DNA of 64,000 nucleotides from Terrimicrobiaceae bacterium (GTDB lineage Bacteria; Verrucomicrobiota; Verrucomicrobiia; Chthoniobacterales; Terrimicrobiaceae): NCBI GenBank assembly GCA_044352905.1, contig JBILCY010000001.1, positions 263,242 to 327,241 of the forward strand, read 5' to 3'. Shown piece by piece: positions 55,764 to 64,000 of this stretch (position 1 is its first letter; each line of letters starts with the position of its first letter). The notes under the pieces were generated by a model. It saw only the letters and a program-made list of their open reading frames with translations, ran no database searches and was not told where the DNA came from. The position numbers and the translations under genes were made by a program.

Positions 55764-56629
55764 GCGCGCACGAGGAAATCCAGCCGGTCTTCGCCGATCC
55801 GGCACTGCTCCGTTATTCCTCGGATGCCATGAAGACCACCTTCCGAATTTTTGTGGCAGACGCTTCGGCCGATGTCGCCGATTTGGCGGTGTCCGAGGCA
55901 TTCCAGAAACTCGAACAGCTGGAGGGCGTGCTCAGTCGATACATTCCCGGCAGCGACATCGCACGGATCAACGCGATGAAGCCCGGTGAGTCCTTGTTCC
56001 TCAGTGACGAGTGCGACGCCTGTCTGCGTTTGGCCATCGAGGCGGCAGAGTTCACCGCCGGGCGATTCGATCCGTGTGCCGGAAGCATGGTTGATGCGAT
56101 CAAAGGCGGAGCTGAATCCGCGCCTTCGCCCTGCGGCATTATCTCGATGGATCCCTCACGACCGCTCGTCACCTGCGCCGAAGCGGGACGGGTGCTGGAT
56201 TTGGGTGCGATCGGTAAGGGTTATGCTCTTGAGCGGATGGCGGCGATTCTCGCTGCGCACGGAATCAGCGATGCATTATTGACATCCGGTGCCAGCACGA
56301 TGCTCGCTATGGGCGAACGCTCTTGGCCCGTCGATCTCCCGCACAGCAGCGGCACGATGCGCCACGCATTGCGCGGCGTCGCTCTAGCGGCATCGGGGTC
56401 GTCGCAACAAGGCCAGCATATCGTGAACCCGCTGGACGGGGCTCCCGCGCGGCACTTCGAGTCTGTGTGGGTGATCCACCCGCGCGCGGCTATGGCCGAC
56501 GCATTTTCCACCGCGTGCTTTGTGATGACACCGGAGGAGATCGATGAGTTTTTAAAAACCCTTCCTCCGGGCAGTCGTGTGATTAGCGATCCGGACTGGA
56601 AGGTCCGTGTCCGACTGCCGCTAGGTTGA
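55760..56629 (+). CDS. apbE: FAD:protein FMN transferase (ApbE family)
   Basis: SDIARINA, LDLGAIGKGYALERM, ALLTSGAS and GQHIVNPLDG motifs. ATGA overlap with the upstream gene. Confidence 0.8.
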   Translation: MSAHEEIQPVFADPALLRYSSDAMKTTFRIFVADASADVADLAVSEAFQKLEQLEGVLSRYIPGSDIARINAMKPGESLFLSDECDACLRLAIEAAEFTAGRFDPCAGSMVDAIKGGAESAPSPCGIISMDPSRPLVTCAEAGRVLDLGAIGKGYALERMAAILAAHGISDALLTSGASTMLAMGERSWPVDLPHSSGTMRHALRGVALAASGSSQQGQHIVNPLDGAPARHFESVWVIHPRAAMADAFSTACFVMTPEEIDEFLKTLPPGSRVISDPDWKVRVRLPLG

Positions 56630-58181
56630 CCGGTTTGTAGCCGCCGCGGGAGCGGAACCAGACGATCAGGCCGACGTAGCACAGGAGCATGATGGCTGGG
56701 AAGACGACAACCTTTGCGAGAGATCCTTGGCGGGCTGCCTGGGCGATCGCATTAATTTCTCCGGACTGGACCTCGGGGAGGGCTTGAATTTTTGACGGAT
56801 CCAGCGCTTGGTAACTGCCGAGGAAGTAGGAGTCCGTTTTGGATAATCCTTGGTAGGCACCGGGCAGCCGCTCTTCGATGGCGGACTGGATCGAGCGTTC
56901 CTGCATTGCTCCGATGAGCGGTCCTCCAAGGATTCCGACGGTGAGCATTCCAATTCCAGCGATCGCGTTGAGGGTGAGCGCGCCACCCTTGGGTGTTTGC
57001 TCGGCAACCACGCCAAGCATGGTCGGCCAAAAGAAAGTTTTGCCGACACCATAGACAGTCGCGGCAAAAAAGATCAGCGCTGCGCCTTGGGCCCTCGATA
57101 GCAAAAACAAACCGATGCATGCGAGGACCGAGCAAACCGCCAGAAGTCCTAGCGGTGTGAGTTTGTGGATGAGCGGACCAGCAACGAAGCGGAGGAGCAT
57201 CATGATGCTCGAGGTGTAGACCAGCACCCAAAGCGGATTCGCGCCGATAGCGTGCAAGGGTTCCTCCATGATACCTGTGATCGCTCCATCGGTTCCCAGC
57301 TCCGTGGTGGCGAGTGGCATCATCACCAAGCAGAGGAAGAGGAGAAGTGGGCGTCCGAGCGATCGGCAATAAAGTCCGTAAGCGGTGACGGCGACGATCA
57401 ACAGGATCCAAGTCAAGGTTGATGACCAGCTGAAGACCATGCCGAGTTGTTTGAAAACGAGGAACCCAGCGAGGGCAGCGCCTAGAATACCGAATTCGGC
57501 GAGCATTTCCCTGTAGGAGGCTCCAGCTGCAACACGTTCGTTCACGGGAAACTTCGCGCGGATGAGGATCACCATATAAACGATCGATGGCACGGCCATC
57601 AGGTAAACGAGAATGCGCCAATCGGCAGCCACCATTCCTCCGAGGAAAATGGTGATGAGTCCGCCCCCCACGAGTCCGGCCGGCCACCCGGCATGAAGAA
57701 CATTCAGCCATTTCGTCTTGTCGCGATTGAAAAGCGTGGCGACGACCGGGTTGATGAACGCCTCTACTGTTCCGTTGCCGAGTCCCAACACGATGGAGCC
57801 TGCATAAAGCATTTTCCAGGCGGTGGCTCTGGCAGCGGCGAGCGCCTCACCCTCGAGAGGAGCGCCCGCCGGATGAAGAATGCCGTGGGCTTGAACCGCC
57901 AGAACGGCATAGATTGCGTAGCAGACAAAACTGAAAACCATCGCCACCCTGTAGCCCACACGGTCGATCACCAAGCTGAACAGAATGATGGAAATGGCAA
58001 ACGGCCAGATGCCAGCGCCAAAGAGTTCCTGCGCCTTCACTTTGTCCAACCCTAGGTCCGCAGGCCAGAGCGAGGGATCGTTTATGAGAAAGGCACGCGT
58101 GATGAAAGCAAACGAGGTGGTGACCAGCGCGATGAAGCACCCCCAGAAAAGAAGTTGGTTCTTGTTGGTTGGCGGAGTCAT
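56583..58181 (-). CDS. MFS-type transporter
   Basis: 532 aa with about 12-14 hydrophobic helices. First gene downstream of ThuA on the same strand. Its 3' end overlaps the convergent apbE by ~47 nt. Confidence 0.7.
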   Translation of the reverse strand: MTPPTNKNQLLFWGCFIALVTTSFAFITRAFLINDPSLWPADLGLDKVKAQELFGAGIWPFAISIILFSLVIDRVGYRVAMVFSFVCYAIYAVLAVQAHGILHPAGAPLEGEALAAARATAWKMLYAGSIVLGLGNGTVEAFINPVVATLFNRDKTKWLNVLHAGWPAGLVGGGLITIFLGGMVAADWRILVYLMAVPSIVYMVILIRAKFPVNERVAAGASYREMLAEFGILGAALAGFLVFKQLGMVFSWSSTLTWILLIVAVTAYGLYCRSLGRPLLLFLCLVMMPLATTELGTDGAITGIMEEPLHAIGANPLWVLVYTSSIMMLLRFVAGPLIHKLTPLGLLAVCSVLACIGLFLLSRAQGAALIFFAATVYGVGKTFFWPTMLGVVAEQTPKGGALTLNAIAGIGMLTVGILGGPLIGAMQERSIQSAIEERLPGAYQGLSKTDSYFLGSYQALDPSKIQALPEVQSGEINAIAQAARQGSLAKVVVFPAIMLLCYVGLIVWFRSRGGYKPVNLAAVGHGPSSPDR

Positions 58182-58213
58182 GGAAGGAGGACGTAGAGTT
58201 CTGAGGGCTGCAA

Positions 58214-59209
58214 TCAGTTAGTTTGGGGATTCGGCTCGGCTGATCCTTTTTCCAAACCCGTGGCCCAGCGAATGCCGCCGAGCAAGTGGGTGCGGAATTG
58301 TTGGGCGATCTCTACCGGATTAATGCGTTTCGGGAGATTCGGGTCGGTGCTCCAGATGTCCTCGCGATGGCCGAGGGAGGTGTAGAAGACGCGCCCTTGG
58401 CCGAATGCACGCACCCAAGCAACCGGGAAGAAGCCTTTTTCCTCGGGTTTGTTGGGATGATGGCGCATGAACCAAATGGAACGCACAAGGTTCCTATCCT
58501 GATTTTTGATGAGATACATTTCCTCTTGGGGTAGCGTCCAAATGTCGCCGATCTTGCCGTTCGCGGGGTGGTCTTTGTCACCGGCGTGGAGTGTGGCGGG
58601 GACTTGGGCGCCATGGCCGTTGAAGATGCCGCAGAGCATTTCCGTATAGGGGATGGCTCCTTTGAGAGTGTCGCTTCCAGCATGGATTGAGACAAATCCT
58701 CCTCCTGAGCGCACCCAGTCGGCGAAGCCCTCCAAGTCGGGGAGCGGCAAATCGCCCGAGGTGTTGCAGAAAACGACGGCGTCGATGCGATTGTCGCGCA
58801 GAGCCTGTGGGGAAAGGGGTTCGAGAGCTTTTTTCATGGCTTCTTTGAATTCCATCTGCTTGCGATCAGCCTCAGGTTTCTCATCGCGGTTCCATGCTTC
58901 CATTTGCTTTTCATGCAAAGCCAGCGCCTCGTTGTATTGATCGAGTTCAGCTTGAGTGGCTTCATTTGCAGGCTTACGCGGGGCCTGAGGCGGGCGAGGA
59001 ATTTTGATATCCGGTTGACGGACCCAGGAGACAATTTCGAAATCTGGCGAGGCGGCATCGATGTCAGCCAGTGCTTGCTCTCCAAAGGGGATCGACGCAT
59101 GCCGGAAGCCCATGGTTGTGGTGCAAACGAGCACTCGTTTCGTGGACTCTACGGCATGGAGGGTTGATAGAGCCATGAGCATACAGATAGCTATTGATGA
59201 AATTTTCAT
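58214..59209 (-). CDS. ThuA domain-containing protein (secreted)
   Basis: Signal peptide. RVLVCTTTMGFRHASIP and GGGFVSIHAGSDT are ThuA-type motifs. Confidence 0.8.
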   Translation of the reverse strand: MKISSIAICMLMALSTLHAVESTKRVLVCTTTMGFRHASIPFGEQALADIDAASPDFEIVSWVRQPDIKIPRPPQAPRKPANEATQAELDQYNEALALHEKQMEAWNRDEKPEADRKQMEFKEAMKKALEPLSPQALRDNRIDAVVFCNTSGDLPLPDLEGFADWVRSGGGFVSIHAGSDTLKGAIPYTEMLCGIFNGHGAQVPATLHAGDKDHPANGKIGDIWTLPQEEMYLIKNQDRNLVRSIWFMRHHPNKPEEKGFFPVAWVRAFGQGRVFYTSLGHREDIWSTDPNLPKRINPVEIAQQFRTHLLGGIRWATGLEKGSAEPNPQTN

Positions 59210-60372
59210 ATCTTTAGCTGGGTCCAGCGGGCGTTGTGTTTGGAGCTGTCCACGGTAGCCTCAATAAAGGCCATGCCACGGATGCCGTCCTCGATATTCG
59301 GGTAATCAAGAGCGGTGGAATCGGGAGTGAGGCCATCGATCGCAGCCGCAAGGTGGTTGGCGAAGTTGCGGTAGATGTTGGCGAAGGCTTCGAGGTAGCC
59401 CTCGGGATGTCCGGCTGGGATGCGCGTGTGCGCGGCGGCATTGGCACCGAGATAGCCGAGTCCCGTGCGGAAGATTTCCGTCGGACGATCGTTCCATTTT
59501 ACGATCAATGTGTTCGGTTCCTGCTGGTGCCATTCGAGTCCGCCGAGTTCGCCATAAACGCGAATGTTGAGGTTATTTTCCTCGCCAACCGAAATCTGGG
59601 AAGAGTGAAGAACTCCCTTCGCGCCGTTTTCGAAGCGCAGTAGGATGTTGCCGTCATCGTCGAGAAGGCGTCCGTCCACGAAGGTGGTGAGGTCGGCGGC
59701 GAGTTCCTTGATGCGCAGACCGGTGATGAACTCGGCGAGGTTTTCGGCGTGGGTGCCGATGTCACCAATGCATCCCGCCGCGCCCGAACGCGCGGGATCG
59801 GTGCGCCACGCGGCTTGCTTTTGTCCCGATTCCTCGAGGCGCGTGGAGAGCCAGCCTTGCGGGTATTCCACCACGACTTTGCGGATTTTTCCGAGACGAC
59901 CGGCGCGCACCATGTCGCGGGCTTCTTTGACGAGCGGATATCCCGTGTAGTTGTGCGTGAGGCCGTAGAGGAGGCCGGTTTTCTTGATGAGGGCACCGAG
60001 TTCCTTGGCTTCTGCAAGGTTGAAGGTCGCAGGTTTGTCTGAAAGAACAGAGAAACCGTGCTCCAGCGCGCACTTGGCAGCGGGGAAGTGAACATGGTTC
60101 GGAGTCACGATCGCCACAAAATCCATGCGCTCGCCCAGCGGCAGAGCGGCCTCGGCTTTCATCATTTCGTCGAAAGTTCCGTAGCATCGTTCCGCTGGCA
60201 GGTAGAAATCCGCGCCCGAGTCGCGGGAGCGTTGCGGATCGCTGCTGAACGCGCCGCAGACGAGTTCGATCTGCCCGTCGAGGGCCGCGGCCATGCGGTG
60301 AACGGCTCCGATGAAGGCTCCACGGCCTCCCCCGACCATGCCCATGCGGATTTTGCGTTTGGCGGCGCTCAT
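59206..60372 (-). CDS. Gfo/Idh/MocA family oxidoreductase
   Basis: [18 protein letters not shown] Rossmann motif. Internal ATG (MSAAKRK) chosen. 4-nt overlaps with both neighbours. Confidence 0.85.
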   Translation of the reverse strand: MSAAKRKIRMGMVGGGRGAFIGAVHRMAAALDGQIELVCGAFSSDPQRSRDSGADFYLPAERCYGTFDEMMKAEAALPLGERMDFVAIVTPNHVHFPAAKCALEHGFSVLSDKPATFNLAEAKELGALIKKTGLLYGLTHNYTGYPLVKEARDMVRAGRLGKIRKVVVEYPQGWLSTRLEESGQKQAAWRTDPARSGAAGCIGDIGTHAENLAEFITGLRIKELAADLTTFVDGRLLDDDGNILLRFENGAKGVLHSSQISVGEENNLNIRVYGELGGLEWHQQEPNTLIVKWNDRPTEIFRTGLGYLGANAAAHTRIPAGHPEGYLEAFANIYRNFANHLAAAIDGLTPDSTALDYPNIEDGIRGMAFIEATVDSSKHNARWTQLKI

Positions 60373-61418
60373 TTGGCTTTTCCTTTCTTTTTGTCGAAGG
60401 CGGCGTCGAAGGCCACGGCGCTGGGCGAGAAATCGAGATCGCGGACGAATGCGGCGGCCTCGGTGGCGCCGTGGATGCGGTCCATGCGAATGTCCTCCCA
60501 CTCAACCGAGAGCGGGCCTTGGTAGCCGACATCATTGAGAGCAACGATGACCTCCTCGAAATCGATGTCGCCGCGTCCGGGCGAGCGGAAGTCCCACTGA
60601 CGGCGGGCGTCGCCGAAGGTCGTGTGGCCGCCGAAGACGCCGACCGATCCGTCGCCGTGACCCCACCACGCGTCCTTGATGTGCGCGTGGAAAATGCGGG
60701 GTCCGAATTTCCGGATGAAAGCGACGTAGTCAACGCCTTGGTAGCCGAGGTGGGAGGGGTCGTAGTTGAAGCCGAAGCGGCGGTGGTTTTTAACGGCGGC
60801 GAGGGCGCGTTCGGCGCTGGCTGTGTCAAAGGCGATCTCGGTGGGATGCACCTCGAGGGCGAAATCGACATACGCCTTGTCGAAGGCGTCAAGGATCGGC
60901 AGCCAGCGTTTGGCGAAGTCGGCGAAACCGGCGTCCCAATACTCCTGCGAGGTCGGCGGGAATGCGTAGATGGAATGCCAGATCGAGGAGCCGGTGAAGC
61001 CGTTCACCACCACACGGTGGGGGTTTTTGGCGAAGCCGGGCTTGGCGTTGAAAAACGCGCGGGCGGCCTTCGCGGTGAGGGTCATCTTTTTCGCCGCGCG
61101 TCGGCGCACGCCCTCGGGATCGCCATCGCCCCAGACGTCGGGTGGGAGGATCGCCCTGTGGCGGGCGTCTATGGGATCACAGACGGCTTGGCCGACGAGG
61201 TGGCTGGAAATCGAAAAACAGGTCAGGCCGTGGTCAGCGAGGAGTTCCCATTTTTCGCGGATGTAGGATTTCGACGAAGCGGCCTGGTCGACATCGAAGT
61301 GATCGCCCCAGCAGGCGAGTTCGACGCCGTCGTAGCCCATTTTTTTTGCGAGTGGCGCAAGTTCGTTGAGCGGGAGATCGGCCCATTGGCCAGTGAAGAG
61401 GGTAAGTGGTCTAGGCAT
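60369..61418 (-). CDS. Sugar phosphate isomerase/epimerase (xylose isomerase-like TIM barrel)
   Basis: [35 protein letters not shown] and HAHIKD motifs. Confidence 0.8.
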   Translation of the reverse strand: MPRPLTLFTGQWADLPLNELAPLAKKMGYDGVELACWGDHFDVDQAASSKSYIREKWELLADHGLTCFSISSHLVGQAVCDPIDARHRAILPPDVWGDGDPEGVRRRAAKKMTLTAKAARAFFNAKPGFAKNPHRVVVNGFTGSSIWHSIYAFPPTSQEYWDAGFADFAKRWLPILDAFDKAYVDFALEVHPTEIAFDTASAERALAAVKNHRRFGFNYDPSHLGYQGVDYVAFIRKFGPRIFHAHIKDAWWGHGDGSVGVFGGHTTFGDARRQWDFRSPGRGDIDFEEVIVALNDVGYQGPLSVEWEDIRMDRIHGATEAAAFVRDLDFSPSAVAFDAAFDKKKGKAK

Positions 61419-61431
61419 TGATTGGAGAGTT

Positions 61432-63270
61432 TTAGGATTGCGGTTGGGGGAGCTTGATTTCGGCTTCCTTGATGGAAGTTTCGACCAACTCGCGCATTGG
61501 GCCTTCGGGTGCCGAGGCGAGAAGGTTGGCAGCGAGTTCTACTTTATGTTTTTCGTGGCCTCTCACATTCGGGTAAAGCAGGCGGGTGGCTGCAAAGTAA
61601 ACTTTTGTGCGAGTCTGCTCGTCGAGTTCTGGCAAAACCGCGGCTTGCAAGAGGAATGGCCCGTTTTCCAATGCCTGCCACGCAACGAGCTGTTTCACAA
61701 GTTCGTCCCGATCTCCTTGCCCAGTCTGGATCCAATCGACAAGCACGCGTGAGGAGGCCGGACCGCTCATGCCCGGGATCATTGGAATCAGCGCCCTTTT
61801 ATTTTCCTCGCCCGCTTTCGCGTAGGCAGGCACGAAAACTTCTTCCCAAAGAAAGATGCTGGCGTTCATACGCGGCGCGATGCGGCGGAAAAGGGCTTGG
61901 TAAGGTTTCACATCGGCACCGGGCTGGGCTGTCGCGACCCATTCGACGATTTGTTTGGCGCTGTCGAGGCTTCCCACTGTCTGGAGTCCGGCCAATGCGG
62001 CGCTGCGGGTTTCAAGGGTGACTTCGGGTGCCGCGAGTTTGAGCAGCAGGGCTTCGGTGCCAATGGGATTTCTGGCAGCAAGCAAGCGGACCGTTTTTTT
62101 CTGTTCTTCACCAGTGGTGTTGACGCTGGCATCCAACAATTTTTGATCAAGGCCTTCGATTTTTAGCTGATTGATAACGAAAGCAGCATCGGGCGAAGAG
62201 TCGTTGGCCAAAAAATCGAGTGTTTTTTCCGTGCCAGAGCGTGCAAGCAAGTTGATAGCGACTGATTTTAGTTTGCCGTCCAAGGCCTTGGTTAAAGCAT
62301 GGAGATCTTCTTCTTGAGAAGAATCGTTGAGATCGGCGAGAGCTGCGTGCACCGCCAAGCGGGCATCCGTCGGCAGCCTCGGTAGTGTTGTAGTTATTTC
62401 ATCAGACAAGGTCGGCTTTCCGGACAAGATGGCGATGCGAAAGATTTCATTCGCACCGGGCAAGTCAGGATTCGCTATCGCTTCACGAAGGATTTCGACA
62501 GCTTGAGTTTGGTTATTGGCAAGCAGGCATTGGAAAATCTCAGACCTCACAGCGGCATTCGCGGCTTTAGGCCAAATCGAGGCGACGCTATCACGGGCAG
62601 CATTGCCGCCCAGCCGCTCTGCACAACGGATCAGGGCACTTTGTGCCACCGAAAGGATCGCGGGAGGACAGTTCTCCGAGTAGCTTCTCAGGGTCTCAAG
62701 GCTAGAAGCATTGCCAATGGAACCGAGTCCCTGGGCAGCCAATGATGCTATGACATGGTTCGTGGAAGTTAATTTTTTCACAAACAGAGGAGCAGCTTGG
62801 TTGTCACCCCGATGAATAAGCGCCTCCATCAAGCCGAGTTCCCACGTGGGGTCTGTGGCTTTTTCTAAAGCGCTTCGCAATGAAGCCGATGCGGCGGGAT
62901 CGGGATTGTTACGTAAGGCACAGCGTGCGCCCTCGCGGATGGCAGGAAGCGGATCTTGCAGCAATGCGGAGAGAGCGGGAACCGCAGCACCATCGGCTAA
63001 GTAAGGCATCTGCGCCAAAGCGCTCAATCTTGCAGGCTCGGGTTTGTTAGAGTCGGAGGCGACGGCGAGCAGTTCTTTTTGCAACTCCGAGCGAACGGCG
63101 GCATCTGCTCCGGGTGCTCCTGCTTGGAAGGCGATGGCGCGCAGTGTGATTTCCGCTTCGTAACGCTTGGCGAGATTGGGTGCCGAGATGTTTTCCATCA
63201 CCTCCGGCGAAACGGCAGCCTGCACAGCGAAGGTGGTGAAAAGCAGCAATGGGAAAAATGATTTCTTCAT
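61432..63270 (-). CDS. Secreted HEAT/ARM-repeat protein
   Basis: Signal peptide [18 protein letters not shown] (internal ATG chosen). Repeated ~30-aa helical units with (A/S)..ALG.(I/L)G.. spacing. Confidence 0.7.
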   Translation of the reverse strand: MKKSFFPLLLFTTFAVQAAVSPEVMENISAPNLAKRYEAEITLRAIAFQAGAPGADAAVRSELQKELLAVASDSNKPEPARLSALAQMPYLADGAAVPALSALLQDPLPAIREGARCALRNNPDPAASASLRSALEKATDPTWELGLMEALIHRGDNQAAPLFVKKLTSTNHVIASLAAQGLGSIGNASSLETLRSYSENCPPAILSVAQSALIRCAERLGGNAARDSVASIWPKAANAAVRSEIFQCLLANNQTQAVEILREAIANPDLPGANEIFRIAILSGKPTLSDEITTTLPRLPTDARLAVHAALADLNDSSQEEDLHALTKALDGKLKSVAINLLARSGTEKTLDFLANDSSPDAAFVINQLKIEGLDQKLLDASVNTTGEEQKKTVRLLAARNPIGTEALLLKLAAPEVTLETRSAALAGLQTVGSLDSAKQIVEWVATAQPGADVKPYQALFRRIAPRMNASIFLWEEVFVPAYAKAGEENKRALIPMIPGMSGPASSRVLVDWIQTGQGDRDELVKQLVAWQALENGPFLLQAAVLPELDEQTRTKVYFAATRLLYPNVRGHEKHKVELAANLLASAPEGPMRELVETSIKEAEIKLPQPQS

Positions 63271-63280
63271 AATTCTTTGA

Positions 63281-64000
63281 TCAAACAGGTAGGGTGTATC
63301 CAGCGCGACGCGGGTAATCGGCAAAACGCGCCGCCTCTGGATCGTCGATGATTTCACGCTTGTCGGGATTCCAACGCACTGGGCGCCCCAGCCGCTCGGT
63401 GATTCCCGCGAGGGCGCAAATGTCGAAAGTGCGTCCTCCGACCGTGGCTGGGCAGATGGGAGGACGGCGGGAGATGATTGAATCCAGCCAGTTGCCTCGG
63501 TGGTCGTTTGATTCGTATGCACGTAACTCGCTGGATGATGTAATCCTCGATGCGAGGTCGGGAGGGGTCGTTACCAGTTCTGAGCGCGAGACACCCACCT
63601 CGCCTTCTTTCCCAACGAATCGGATCATGAATTTTCCAGCCGGACCTCCACCCTTCGAGGCCGTCACTTTGATGCCGTTGGCGTATTGGTGATATTGGAT
63701 GGGATTGCCATCGAATTCTTTCGGAACGAAGAGAACGGGGCCGCTGTCGTCCATTCCGAGGGCCCACTGAATGATGTCAAAATGGTGCGCTCCCCAGTCC
63801 CCGTTTTTGCGTGAGCCGTAGTCCCAAAAAATGCGCCATCCGCCGGTGAACTTTCCTATAACACGAGTGGCGTTGTAAGGATTGTAGGGCGCAGGGCCGA
63901 GCCACCGGTCGTAATCGATATCCGACGGCACCGGCTCGGCAGGGAGAAGCGTTTCTGGAGGAAAGTCGCTGTTCAGATTCACATGGATCTCGCGGATGTC
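63281..64000 (-). CDS. Gfo/Idh/MocA family oxidoreductase, C-terminal part (5' end beyond the window)
   Basis: The frame stays open to the window edge. DYDRWLGPAP...GDWGAHHFDIIQWALG is typical of the C-terminal domain of PVC-type Gfo/Idh/MocA proteins. Confidence 0.7.
   Translation of the reverse strand, partial: DIREIHVNLNSDFPPETLLPAEPVPSDIDYDRWLGPAPYNPYNATRVIGKFTGGWRIFWDYGSRKNGDWGAHHFDIIQWALGMDDSGPVLFVPKEFDGNPIQYHQYANGIKVTASKGGGPAGKFMIRFVGKEGEVGVSRSELVTTPPDLASRITSSSELRAYESNDHRGNWLDSIISRRPPICPATVGGRTFDICALAGITERLGRPVRWNPDKREIIDDPEAARFADYPRRAGYTLPV

Overview
This is a high-GC bacterial chromosome segment. Hand counts of single 60-nt lines give about 55-73% GC in most genes. The gene content suggests a Verrucomicrobiota/PVC-type host, but this is inference only. 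The supporting genes are a prepilin-type N-methylation-domain protein, a TIGR03663-like GT-C membrane protein, ThuA / Gfo-Idh-MocA / secreted HEAT-repeat clusters and long-form PstC/PstA.

Positions 1-14340 are the right arm of an integrated podovirus-like prophage. It contains a 5'-truncated tail protein, a small GNAT-fold-like protein, a TM/Q-rich coiled-coil protein and a 685-aa helical protein with an NNPG-motif C-terminal domain. These are followed by one giant ORF of about 2,738 aa. After it comes a lysis cassette: an unlisted 57-aa holin candidate, an 82-aa lipoprotein and a PG-binding + M15 endolysin. The arm ends at a tRNA-Leu(CAA) 3' fragment that looks like attR.

The rest of the window (14346-64000) is densely packed, ordinary housekeeping DNA:
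- bioA, a CPBP protease, comF, accD, folC, rplS, rnhB, yraN, an ABC-F ATPase, rapA and a HAD hydrolase
- a complete pho locus (phoB-phoR-pstSCAB-phoU)
- an RND/MFP/OMF efflux set plus an OprB-like porin
- an LpxH-like phosphoesterase, an Hsp70 protein, infA, a solitary rplK and a peroxiredoxin
- a ClpX-like ATPase / degenerate cyclase / heptose adenylyltransferase trio
- an M50 protease, serA, recO, rlpA, a GT-C protein + apbE, and a sugar-oxidation locus

I saw no rRNA, intact tRNA, CRISPR array, transposase or integrase.

The best candidate for something new is the giant virion-slot polyvalent protein. It carries a PARP-like ADP-ribosyltransferase-type module and two further effector-like modules. 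These sit on a conspicuously AT-richer cassette inside a single ORF, and each module is bounded by a repeated N-Y-S-I-G junction. All functional calls rest on motif recognition by eye and memory. No searches were run, and hand-counted coordinates may be off by 1-3 nt.
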